Below are positions 9,560 through 17,406 of a stretch of DNA of 64,000 bases, piece after piece; position 1 is the stretch's first letter; every line of letters begins with the position of its first letter. The stretch comes from an uncultured delta proteobacterium. GTDB lineage: Bacteria; Desulfobacterota; RBG-13-43-22. The stretch is taken from NCBI GenBank assembly GCA_963711835.1, contig CAVQFQ010000017.1, positions 128,001 through 192,000 on the forward strand, written 5' to 3'. Both the position numbers and the translations under genes were made by a program. Below the pieces are notes generated by a model. It saw only the letters and a program-made list of their open reading frames with translations. It was not told the origin of the DNA and searched no databases.

Positions 9560-9862
9560 TTAAAACCCAAGCAAAGATATCCGAAATTTTTTCCCAAGTC
9601 TTGAAGGAATGGTGTTGGGGGGTCCTATTTTTTAAGTTGTCCACCCCAAAGCCAGGAGCTTCTTTGCCGGGTCAAAATCGGATAGTGTTTTGGCAGCAGG
9701 CCTACACCCAAGCTGGAAATGGGCTGGGGTGTAGGCCCTGCTCTCAAATGATCTTAGCTATTCGGGCCGGATTGGGGGCTCTTAGTCACCTTTTGGACAA
9801 CTTAAAAAATAGGACCCCCCAACACCGGATATTGGAACGTTAGAGATATATTCTCAGATTAA
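9560..9862. repeat. Non-coding element copy 2: core 9611-9826 with perfect 33-bp inverted repeats; interior inverted relative to copy 1
   Basis: ggtgttggggggtcctattttttaagttgtcca (9611-9643) / tggacaacttaaaaaataggaccccccaacacc (9794-9826); interior matches the reverse complement of 6151-6301, flanks match copy 1 directly. Confidence 0.9.
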
Positions 9863-9930
9863 AAAATGTAAAAATCTGATTGGGTTGGATTATGTCCGAT
9901 CTTAATCACGATTCTATAAGGAGGATTTTT

Positions 9931-10395
9931 ATGGAGAAAAATGTCTGTTATACCTTTGATCAGGCCTTAAAGCTGGCCATCAAACGTGAAAAGGCCTCTC
10001 TTAAACTTTATAATGACTGGTCTTCCAAGGCCAAGGACCCGGCAGCCAAAAAGTTTTTTAAGGACCTGGCCCTGGAGGAACTGGACCATGTGCACCTCCT
10101 GGAACGGGCCCTTTATGAAGGAAAGGCCGAGGGCTTGGGAGACAAAGAGGTCCAGACCATGAAGTTGAGCGACTATTTTATCGATATCGAACTGGCCGGC
10201 GATCTCTCCCTCCAGGATGCCATGATTTTTGCCTTAAAGGATGAAAAACAGTCCGCCGAATTTTACAAAAACATGGCCGGCATGTGCGGCGGCAGCCCCA
10301 TGCAGAGTCTTTTTAACCGCCTGGAGAAAGAGGAACTGAGGCATATTCAAACATTGGAAGGCGATTACGAAAAGGCCTTCATGCAGTGGATGTAA
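9931..10395 (+). CDS. Ferritin-like / rubrerythrin family protein (no rubredoxin domain)
   Basis: AIKREKAS..LY, LALEELDH, ALKDEKQS..FY, EKEELRH di-iron pattern; AGGAGG RBS before ATG 9931. Confidence 0.85.
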   Translation: MEKNVCYTFDQALKLAIKREKASLKLYNDWSSKAKDPAAKKFFKDLALEELDHVHLLERALYEGKAEGLGDKEVQTMKLSDYFIDIELAGDLSLQDAMIFALKDEKQSAEFYKNMAGMCGGSPMQSLFNRLEKEELRHIQTLEGDYEKAFMQWM

Positions 10396-10422
10396 TCCGG
10401 TCAAGCGAAAGCCAACCGAAAA

Positions 10423-10446
10423 GAGAATCCGCCTTATGGGATTCTC
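10423..10446 (+). terminator. Possible intrinsic terminator hairpin
   Basis: gagaatcc-N8-ggattctc shortly after the stop codon; weak U-tract. Confidence 0.35.
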
Positions 10447-10648
10447 CTTAAGACCTCCTGCTAACGCTTGTGGCCTGAATGCGCTTTTAGCACAGTAAAG
10501 GTTTTATTCGGCGGCTCCTCACCGACCCATAAAAAATCCCCTTCGTGGTCTTTCCGTCTCCTCCCTGACTACAAACTATTTTATGCTCCCCTGAATAACC
10601 ATCCGTTAATCCAAAAAACGCATCCCAGATTCTGCCCCCAATTTTTTC

Positions 10649-10695
10649 TTGACAAGTTTTACTGACCTTCTTAAAATGTGAATATTCATTCACAT
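10649..10695 (+). promoter_or_regulatory. sigma70 promoter with overlapping palindromic TetR-type operator
   Basis: TTGACA 10649-10654, 17 bp spacer, TAAAAT 10672-10677; palindrome ATGTGAAT-attc-ATTCACAT 10676-10695. Confidence 0.8.
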
Positions 10696-10700
10696 AATAG

Positions 10701-11381
10701 ATGAAAATTAAAAAGATAAAAACCGAAATACGAAAAAGTCAGATTGCCGCCGCAGCGCTCAAACTGATATCCGATCAGGGTTTAACCGGCCTGAAGATGA
10801 CAGCCGTTGCCCAAAAGGTTGGACTGGTCCCTTCGGCCCTCTACCGCCATTTTAAAAGCAAAGCCCAAATTCTGGACACCATTTTTGACTTTATCGAGCA
10901 AACACTGATCGGAAACGTTGACCGGGTACGCCGGGGAAGCTTAAACCCCGTTGAACAGCTTTCAAACTTACTGAAACGCCATATTCAATTTATCAGAAAA
11001 AATCGATCCTTGCCCCGCCTGGTCTTTTCAGATGATGTCTATCAAAACCATCCTGAAAGGAGAATGCGGGTCAATCAGATTATCACCGGCTACCTCAAAA
11101 AAGTGGCCGAGATAATAAGCCAAGGTCAAAAAGATGGAAAAATTAGACCGGAATTGGACCCGGATACGCTTTCAATCATGTTCCTGGGACTGATTCAGCC
11201 GGCGGTCATCCTTTGGGATTTAAGCCAGGGGAGGTTTGATCTGAAGAACCAGGCTGAAGAGGCCTGGCAGGTATTCCTTTCCGCCATTTTAGTGCGGGAT
11301 CCAAACCAGGCGACAATGAACAAACCCTTCCCTAAAAGAGAAGACAAGAAAGGAGAAAATAGCCATGAAGAAAAAAGTTAA
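10701..11381 (+). CDS. TetR/AcrR family regulator
   Basis: QIAAAALKLISDQG...VAQKVGLVPSALYRHFKSK HTH. Confidence 0.9.
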   Translation: MKIKKIKTEIRKSQIAAAALKLISDQGLTGLKMTAVAQKVGLVPSALYRHFKSKAQILDTIFDFIEQTLIGNVDRVRRGSLNPVEQLSNLLKRHIQFIRKNRSLPRLVFSDDVYQNHPERRMRVNQIITGYLKKVAEIISQGQKDGKIRPELDPDTLSIMFLGLIQPAVILWDLSQGRFDLKNQAEEAWQVFLSAILVRDPNQATMNKPFPKREDKKGENSHEEKS

Positions 11382-12027
11382 GTTTTCAAATCTGATTTTA
11401 GGGGCGATGGTAAGTTTAAGTCTGTTCCTGTACTTGCCGGGAATGGCTTCGGCCCATTGTGACACGATGGCCGGGCCGGTTATTCAGGATGCCAAAATGG
11501 CCCTGGAAAAAGGCGACATCACACCGGTGCTTAAATGGGTCAAGAAGGACCAGGAGAAAGGAGTTCGAGAGGCCTTCAAAAGGGCCCTGGCGGCCAAAAC
11601 CAAAGCGCCGGCGGTAAAAGAAAAAACCGAAAGGCATTTTTTTGAAACCCTGGTCAGGATTCACCGGGCTGGAGAGGGCGCGCCCTTTACCGGACTCAAA
11701 CCCGGAGAAGCCATTGAACCGATTGTTGCCGCTGCGGACAAATCCCTGGAAACAGGAACCGTCGACGAATTAGTCAAGCAGGTCAATGACGAAGTGGCGG
11801 CCGGAATTCGTAAACGTTTTGAAGAGGTGATCGACAAGAAAAAACATGTTGATGAGGGTGTTGATGCCGGCCGGGAATATGTGGCGGCTTATGTTGAGTT
11901 TACTCACTATGTGGAAGGGCTTTATCAGAAGGCCGTGGGAGAGGCAGGCCCATCATCACGGAGAGATGAAAGGGCATAACCACGGAGGAACCAGAAGGAA
12001 AGCCCTGCTCCTCTTCATAAGCACTAA
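11365..12027 (+). CDS. Secreted protein (DUF6448-like) with N-terminal HCD motif and His-rich tail (tail frameshifted)
   Basis: Signal peptide ...ASA|HCDTMAGPV, FFETLVRIHRAGEGAPFTGLKP; shifted frames continue AHHHGEMKGHNHG and PAPLHKH* to 12027. Confidence 0.65.
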
Positions 12028-12070
12028 AAGGGTTTATGATCAGGAAAGATGATTAGTTCGTAAACTGGAG

Positions 12071-12119
12071 GCCTGGGATCTTTTTTAAAGGATGTCCACC
12101 AATGAAAAAGATCCCAGGC
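12071..12119. repeat. 15-bp inverted repeat hairpin (possible bidirectional terminator)
   Basis: gcctgggatcttttt ... aaaaagatcccaggc. Confidence 0.6.
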
Positions 12120-12263
12120 ACTTCTTGACCCGGATTTTACCTCTTTACCTGTCCCTCAAAGTGATGGAGCGGTGGTTGGAAAAGGCCCCCAATGCAAAAT
12201 TATCGGATTCTCTGATAGCAAATCCATCAAACAAAGGTTTCACAGAATTAAGGAGGTCTATCC

Positions 12264-13385
12264 ATGAACCGGACTCTATAAACATCGTCTTCAAAAGTGC
12301 AGCCAGTTAATGAAGGCCGTCAACCTGGATGTCCTGCTGCTGACCAAGCCCTCAAATATGTTCTATCTTACCGGCGACGGGCGCCTCTGCGCTTACGCCA
12401 TGGTCACCCAGGAAGGGAAGGTGGCCCTGGGCGTACCCCAAACCGACCTTGAAGACGTTAAGCAGTTGGCCCACTTTCGACCATCTCAACGGCTTTGAAA
12501 ACGAGGTGGGGATGATCCATTCCATTGCCCATTACTTTGAGCGATTCCAGATACAGAAAGGGTCAGGTGGGGATGGAATTTACTTTCCTGACTCAGTCCA
12601 TGATGGGCATGCTGACCCATCCCCATGCCAAACCCAAGGATATTCTGGTCAAGGATGCCACGGCGATTCTCTCCGAACTGCGCCTGGTCAAGGAAGCGGA
12701 AGAGATTGAACGGATTCGTGAGGCATCACGGGTAGCTTCTGTCGGGATGAAAGCCGCTGTGGAGGCTGTTAAACCGGGACTCACGGAAAGCCAGATAGCC
12801 GCCGAGGCCGAATATGCCCTGCGCCAGGCCGGTGCCGAAGATTTTTGGAAGACCTATGTTTCTTCCGGTCCCCGGACCAGTGTCGCCCACGGGGTGCCCA
12901 CCTCGCGAAAATTGGAAACCGGGGATCTGGTCATGATTGATATTCATCCTTTGGTCAACGGCTATAGCTCCGACATCTGCCGGACCGTTTCGGTGGGAAA
13001 ACCGACTGCCGAACAACAAACCGCCTATGACCTGTATATCAAGGCCCTGCTGGCCACCATTGCTAAGGTCAAGGCCGGGGCAGACATGGTCGATCTGGAA
13101 GAGACCATGCATGGGATCCTCAAGGAAGCCGGCCACGGCCCGCATATCTTCGGACCACTCATCCATGGGATAGGCATCAATTTTGAAGAATCGCCTTTGC
13201 CGCCCAGCCATGCCTTCTTCCACGGCGAGAAGGCGCCCCCGCCCCTTCCTTCCGGGGTGGTCATAGCCGTTGGAAACTGTGGATTGTATACCGGTCCTTG
13301 GGGGGTTCGGGTGGAAGATACGATAGCGGTTGGAGCTGAGGGCCCATTGCGGTTGACCGATTTCCCTTACTCCCTGACGATATAG
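12264..13385 (+). CDS. M24 family (Xaa-Pro peptidase/creatinase-like) protein, several frameshifts
   Basis: AGGAGG + ATG 12264; LDVLLLTKPSNMFYLTG; LRLVKEAEEIERIREA; MIDIH, YSSDICRT, IHGIG, GVRVEDT; indels near 12275, 12478 and 12555. Confidence 0.85.
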
Positions 13386-13402
13386 AAAAGAAAGGAATTG
13401 CT

Positions 13403-13597
13403 ATGAGCCGTAGGGTGACCATCAACGAGGAAGAGTGTATCGGCTGTGGAACTTGTTCGGAGCTTTGTCCGGAAGTCTTTCAGATGAACGAAGAAAAAGA
13501 AAAGGCCGAGGTGATCAAACCGGAAGGCGGGGCGTTCGATTGCATTACCGAAGCTATGGAGGGTTGTCCGGTTTCTTGTATTCACTGGGAGGAATAA
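13403..13597 (+). CDS. Monocluster [4Fe-4S]/[3Fe-4S] ferredoxin (copy 1)
   Basis: CIGCGTCSELCPEVF...CPVSCIHWEE. Confidence 0.95.
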   Translation: MSRRVTINEEECIGCGTCSELCPEVFQMNEEKEKAEVIKPEGGAFDCITEAMEGCPVSCIHWEE

Positions 13598-13613
13598 AAA
13601 GGAGGTATAGGTC

Positions 13614-13910
13614 ATGTTTACAGTTATTATTAATTTTCCGGCTATTAAAGAAGGTAAGGATACAGAGTTTCGGGAGTGGTTTGAGTGGTCAAATACAGAG
13701 TTTGTAAATCATAAAGGCTTTATCCAACGGTTGCTTCTAAAGCCTGTGCAGGGTGTAGGGAACTATGTTGCCATAGTAGAGCACGAGAGCCGTGAAACTT
13801 TCATGGCCATGCATAATAGCCCTGCTCATGAAGAAGCCGGCAGGCGTGTCGCATTGCTACTTGACGGCCATCCGACCCCTCTGTTTTATGAGGTTGTTAC
13901 CGGGAGATAA
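13614..13910 (+). CDS. Antibiotic biosynthesis monooxygenase (ABM) family protein
   Basis: IKEGKDTEFREWF, KGFIQRLLL, ESRETFMAMHNSPAH pattern; AGGAGG RBS. Confidence 0.7.
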   Translation: MFTVIINFPAIKEGKDTEFREWFEWSNTEFVNHKGFIQRLLLKPVQGVGNYVAIVEHESRETFMAMHNSPAHEEAGRRVALLLDGHPTPLFYEVVTGR

Positions 13911-13961
13911 GCTTATAATTATAACTGTTTGTGAACTTTTGCTTTTTGAAAGGAGTATTTC

Positions 13962-14399
13962 GTGTCGGCGAAGCAAAACAAAGCCCTTGTTAGTCAATTC
14001 TTGAAAGGATTGGATGAGAGCTTGAGTAGTATGGATGAAGTCTGCGCCTCCCAGTTTGTAGCCCATATTCCAGGGGGCAGCCAACCAATAGACCGGGAGG
14101 GTTTTAGGCAATTTGTCTCCTTATTTTATCTCGCCTTTCCTGACCTGTGTCATACGGTAGAGGATCAACTTGCCGAAGGAGACAAGGTAGTGAGCCGCCT
14201 GACCGTGCAAGGCACCCATCAAGGACTTTTTCAGGGTATGGCCCCCACCGGAAAGCGAGTGAAGTTTACCGATATCATGATAAGCCGCATTGAGGACGGA
14301 AAAATAATGGAATTATGGGCTCAATTTGATGCGTTGGGATTATTGCAACAGATCGGTCTTTTATCCACAATGGAGTCAGGGGTTACCTCAACCCTATAA
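13962..14399 (+). CDS. SnoaL-like ester cyclase
   Basis: AFPDL.HTVEDQLAEGDKVVSRLTVQGTHQG.F.G.APTGKRV. Confidence 0.9.
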   Translation: MSAKQNKALVSQFLKGLDESLSSMDEVCASQFVAHIPGGSQPIDREGFRQFVSLFYLAFPDLCHTVEDQLAEGDKVVSRLTVQGTHQGLFQGMAPTGKRVKFTDIMISRIEDGKIMELWAQFDALGLLQQIGLLSTMESGVTSTL

Positions 14400-14423
14400 C
14401 ATTTCAAAAAGGAGGGCAGGCTA

Positions 14424-14672
14424 ATGCACGACAGAAAAGAATTATGTGATACCATTAGGTCCCTGTATCCTGAAATAGGTGAATGCGGTCTTGAAGTCAA
14501 GGCGAACTTTGACGAGACCAAGAAAGTCTGAGTGGTGGACTTAAAAAAGGAGGGTCACCAGCTTAAGACCTTTCTTGAACCGTTGGATGCCGATGCCTGC
14601 ATGGAAGGCAAATAGTGTGTGAGTCTGGGCCTTCAAATTGCCCAGTTAGCGGCCAATATTAAATCAGTCTGA
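14424..14672 (+). pseudogene. Small Cys-containing hypothetical protein with two in-frame stops
   Basis: AAGGAGG RBS; MHDRKELCDTIRSLYPEIGECGLEVKANFDETKKV*VVDLKKEGHQLKTFLEPLDADACMEGK*CVSLGLQIAQLAANIKSV*; TGA 14529-14531, TAG 14613-14615. Confidence 0.7.
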
Positions 14673-14708
14673 CAATTGATCTCGTCATCCATTAGAGAAG
14701 AGAGCCGC

Positions 14709-14897
14709 ATGAAAGTTTATCTTGTGGAAGAGGAATGTATCGGCTGTGAAAGCTGTTCGGAGCTCTGCCCGGAGGTTTTTCAGATGAACGAGGAAAAAGA
14801 AAAGGCTGAGGTGATCATGCCCGAAGGGGGACCGACGGAATGCATTAACGAGGCCATTGAAACCTGTCCAGTCTCCTGCATCCATTGGGAGGAATAA
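14709..14897 (+). CDS. Monocluster ferredoxin (copy 2)
   Basis: MKVYLVEEECIGCESCSELCPEVF...CPVSCIHWEE; close paralogue of 13403-13597. Confidence 0.95.
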   Translation: MKVYLVEEECIGCESCSELCPEVFQMNEEKEKAEVIMPEGGPTECINEAIETCPVSCIHWEE

Positions 14898-14962
14898 CTT
14901 TAAGGGAGGAGGATTAGATCCTGATAGTAAATGCCAATATCTGGTAAGGAGGTAAAACCATC

Positions 14963-16165
14963 TTGGAAACGACAACAAATCGAAAAGTCTATCTCGATTA
15001 TATAGCTGGGGCGCCGGTACTGCCCGAAGTGGTAGAGGCCATGCTTCCCTATTTTAAGGATATCTACGGCAATCCGCAATCCATTCATGTCTGGGGTGAT
15101 CGGAGTCGCGAGGCCATGGATATTGCCCGCGATCAGGTGGCCGGGCTTATCAATGGACACCCCGATGAAATTATCTTTACCGGCAGTGGTACTGAATCCA
15201 ATAATCTGGCCATAAAAGGATTAGCTCAAGGGCAGACCGCTAAAGGGAAACACATTGTGGTTTCGGCTATTGAGCATTTTTCAGTACTTAATACCCTCCA
15301 CAGGATGGAAAAAGACGGATATGAATTTAGCTTAGTGCCGGTTGATCAATATGGTTTAATTAATCCCGATGACGTGCTTAATAATATCAGGAAAGATACC
15401 ATCCTGGTATCGATCATGCACTCCAATGGAGAGGTCGGCACTATTCAACCGATTAAGGAGATCGCTAAAAAAGTGAAAGAGGCCGGAGTTGTTTTCCATA
15501 CCGATGCCGTTGCCAGCACCGGAAATATACCGGTCGATGTCCAAGAACTCAAAGTCGATGCCCTGAGCCTGGCCGGAAATCAGTTTTATGGCCCCAAGGG
15601 TTCAGGCGCCTTATGGCTGCGTAAAGGGGTCCGCTTGATTCCCCTGATGGACGGGGGTATACAGGAAAACGGTCGCAGACCGGGGACGGAGGATGTGCCT
15701 GCCTTCGTCGGTTTGGGCATGGCTGCCGAGATCGCTAAAAGGGATATGACTTCACGCGCGGCCCGGTTTTCCAAACTTCGTGACCGCTTGATTAAAGGAA
15801 TGATGGAGAAAATCGACCACGTGATCCTTACCGGTCATCCCAGCCGGCGCCTTCCTCATCATGCCAGTTTCTGCGTTGAATTCATTGAAGGCGAAGCCAT
15901 GCTGTTGTTCATGAACCTGGATGGCATTGCCGTCTCCAGCGGCTCAGCCTGTACATCCAAGGCCCTTAAGGCTTCCCACGTCCTCATTGCCATGGGATTG
16001 CCCCCTGAAATCGCCCAGGGGTCCCTGTTGCTGACCCTCGGTTTGGAAACCCAAGAAGAAGATATCGATTATGTGCTGGAAAAATTTTCGCCCATAGTGG
16101 CCCGGCTGCGACAGATGTCCCCGTTATATGCCAAATTCTTAAAAGAGCAGAGGAGGGGGAAATGA
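14963..16165 (+). CDS. iscS: Cysteine desulfurase, NifS/IscS (group I)
   Basis: VYLDY, YGNPQSIH, FTGSGTESNN, FHTDAV, SSGSACTS; the PLP-Lys region reads AGNQFYGPKG. Confidence 0.9.
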   Translation: METTTNRKVYLDYIAGAPVLPEVVEAMLPYFKDIYGNPQSIHVWGDRSREAMDIARDQVAGLINGHPDEIIFTGSGTESNNLAIKGLAQGQTAKGKHIVVSAIEHFSVLNTLHRMEKDGYEFSLVPVDQYGLINPDDVLNNIRKDTILVSIMHSNGEVGTIQPIKEIAKKVKEAGVVFHTDAVASTGNIPVDVQELKVDALSLAGNQFYGPKGSGALWLRKGVRLIPLMDGGIQENGRRPGTEDVPAFVGLGMAAEIAKRDMTSRAARFSKLRDRLIKGMMEKIDHVILTGHPSRRLPHHASFCVEFIEGEAMLLFMNLDGIAVSSGSACTSKALKASHVLIAMGLPPEIAQGSLLLTLGLETQEEDIDYVLEKFSPIVARLRQMSPLYAKFLKEQRRGK

Positions 16166-16644
16166 CAGAAAAGGAGCAAATGACCATTATCGTTTTCAGT
16201 GATGAGATGGACAAAGCCTTGGCCGCTTTCAACCTGGCTATCGGCGGGGCAACCTCCGGCATGGAAGTAACCCTGTTCTTTACTTTCTGGGGACTTAATC
16301 TGATCAAAAAGAACGAAGGCCGCATTAAAAGCAAAGGGATCATGAGGAAAATGCTCAATTCCATGAACCGTGGAGGTGCCAAGAGGTTGCCGTTATCCAA
16401 ATTCCACATGCTGGGCCTGGGAAAATGGATGATGCAGAAACTGATGAAGGATATCAAGTTCCCCCAGGTGGAAGAGCAGATTAAGATAGCCAAAGAGTTC
16501 GGTGTAAAGTTTATTGCCTGCACCACCTCCATGGGGATGATGGGTATCGGCCATGACGCCTTTATCCCGGAGGTCGATAATTTTGCCGGCGTAGCCACCT
16601 ATTTGGCTGTTGCCAGGGCCAGCAAGGTCAATCTATTTATATAG
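16162..16644 (+). CDS. DsrE2/DsrE-DsrF-DrsH-like sulfur carrier
   Basis: MDKALAAFNLAIGG, EVTLFFTFWGL, KFIACTTSMGMMG, AGVATYL. Confidence 0.85.
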   Translation: MTEKEQMTIIVFSDEMDKALAAFNLAIGGATSGMEVTLFFTFWGLNLIKKNEGRIKSKGIMRKMLNSMNRGGAKRLPLSKFHMLGLGKWMMQKLMKDIKFPQVEEQIKIAKEFGVKFIACTTSMGMMGIGHDAFIPEVDNFAGVATYLAVARASKVNLFI

Positions 16645-16654
16645 GGGAGAAATA

Positions 16655-16885
16655 ATGAAAGCCGATGAAACACTGGATTGTGTGGGGCTTTACTGCCCCA
16701 TGCCCATAGTGGAGACAGCCCGGAAAATTAAAAAGTTAAAAACGGGACAAGTTCTGGAAATTCTGGCCGACGATGAAGGTATCAAGCAGGATATGCCGAA
16801 CTGGTGCAAGCAAACAGGCCATGAGTTTCTTGGCCTAGAAGAGGAAAAAGGTCAGTACCGTGCCTTTGTAAAGAAGACCGGGTAA
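16655..16885 (+). CDS. tusA: TusA-family sulfurtransferase
   Basis: LDCVGLYCPMPIV, LEILADDEG..QDMPNWC..TGHE. Confidence 0.9.
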   Translation: MKADETLDCVGLYCPMPIVETARKIKKLKTGQVLEILADDEGIKQDMPNWCKQTGHEFLGLEEEKGQYRAFVKKTG

Positions 16886-16927
16886 ATAAGGTTTCAAATT
16901 CCTGGTTTTTTGTCTGGATCTGGACTC

Positions 16928-17131
16928 TCATCTGGTCGCATTGCGGGAGAGCTTCCACAACCAAAGACTCAGGCCGCCGGCAATGACTATGGCAAGCGCG
17001 CTCGGCCAAAGTGGCATCTGGTGTCCCGCGATAAGCACCTCGGCTCGTGTCAACAAGCGCAACAACTGCGCTAAGCACATCAGTCCGAAAATGGTGCCTG
17101 CGACTCGCAATCCCAGGATTTGTGATTTCAT
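16928..17131 (-). CDS. Small two-TM membrane protein
   Basis: GAAAGGA RBS; two hydrophobic segments VAGTIFGLMCLAQLLRLL and WPSALAIVIAGGLSLWLW. Confidence 0.65.
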   Translation of the reverse strand: MKSQILGLRVAGTIFGLMCLAQLLRLLTRAEVLIAGHQMPLWPSALAIVIAGGLSLWLWKLSRNATR

Positions 17132-17290
17132 GTTCGTGTCCTTTCGGTTGCTTCAATTGAATGTTATACAACCAGAAAGATATTAACATATGATCATAAA
17201 GGGTTCACTCATTAAAAGGCACTTGTTAAGAGAAAAAGGATTTCTGGTTTTTTGTATTGACAGCGAGAAGAACCTTAGTGATTTTTACTT

Positions 17291-17364
17291 AAGGGGAACC
17301 GACGGAATGCATTAACGAGGCCATTGAAACCTGTCCAGTGTCCTGCATCCATTGGGGAGAATAA
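17291..17364 (+). pseudogene. 3' fragment of ferredoxin (direct repeat of 14824-14897)
   Basis: 70/74 nt identical to the 3' end of ferredoxin copy 2, including the stop codon. Confidence 0.9.
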
Positions 17365-17406
17365 TCCGAAAAGAGAAGAGGATAATAACGTAAAAGGACC
17401 TCAGCC

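Noticed and set aside
6118-9826. Composite transposon formed by two inverted MITEs around the ACAD operon
   Set aside because: Only the cores are inverted. The outer flanks are in direct orientation, and no transposase or distinctive outer target duplication is visible.
9601-9843. 80-aa ORF within element copy 2 (and 44060-44248 in copy 3)
   Set aside because: There is no RBS, and the ORF is not conserved across copies.
14529-14615. Selenocysteine or pyrrolysine recoding
   Set aside because: The context suits Trp and Gln rather than Cys or Lys, no SECIS is evident, and each stop is a single transition from a sense codon.
17291-17364. DGR template/variable repeat pair with the ferredoxin 3' end
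   Set aside because: The four differences are not consistently at adenines, and there is no reverse transcriptase in the window.
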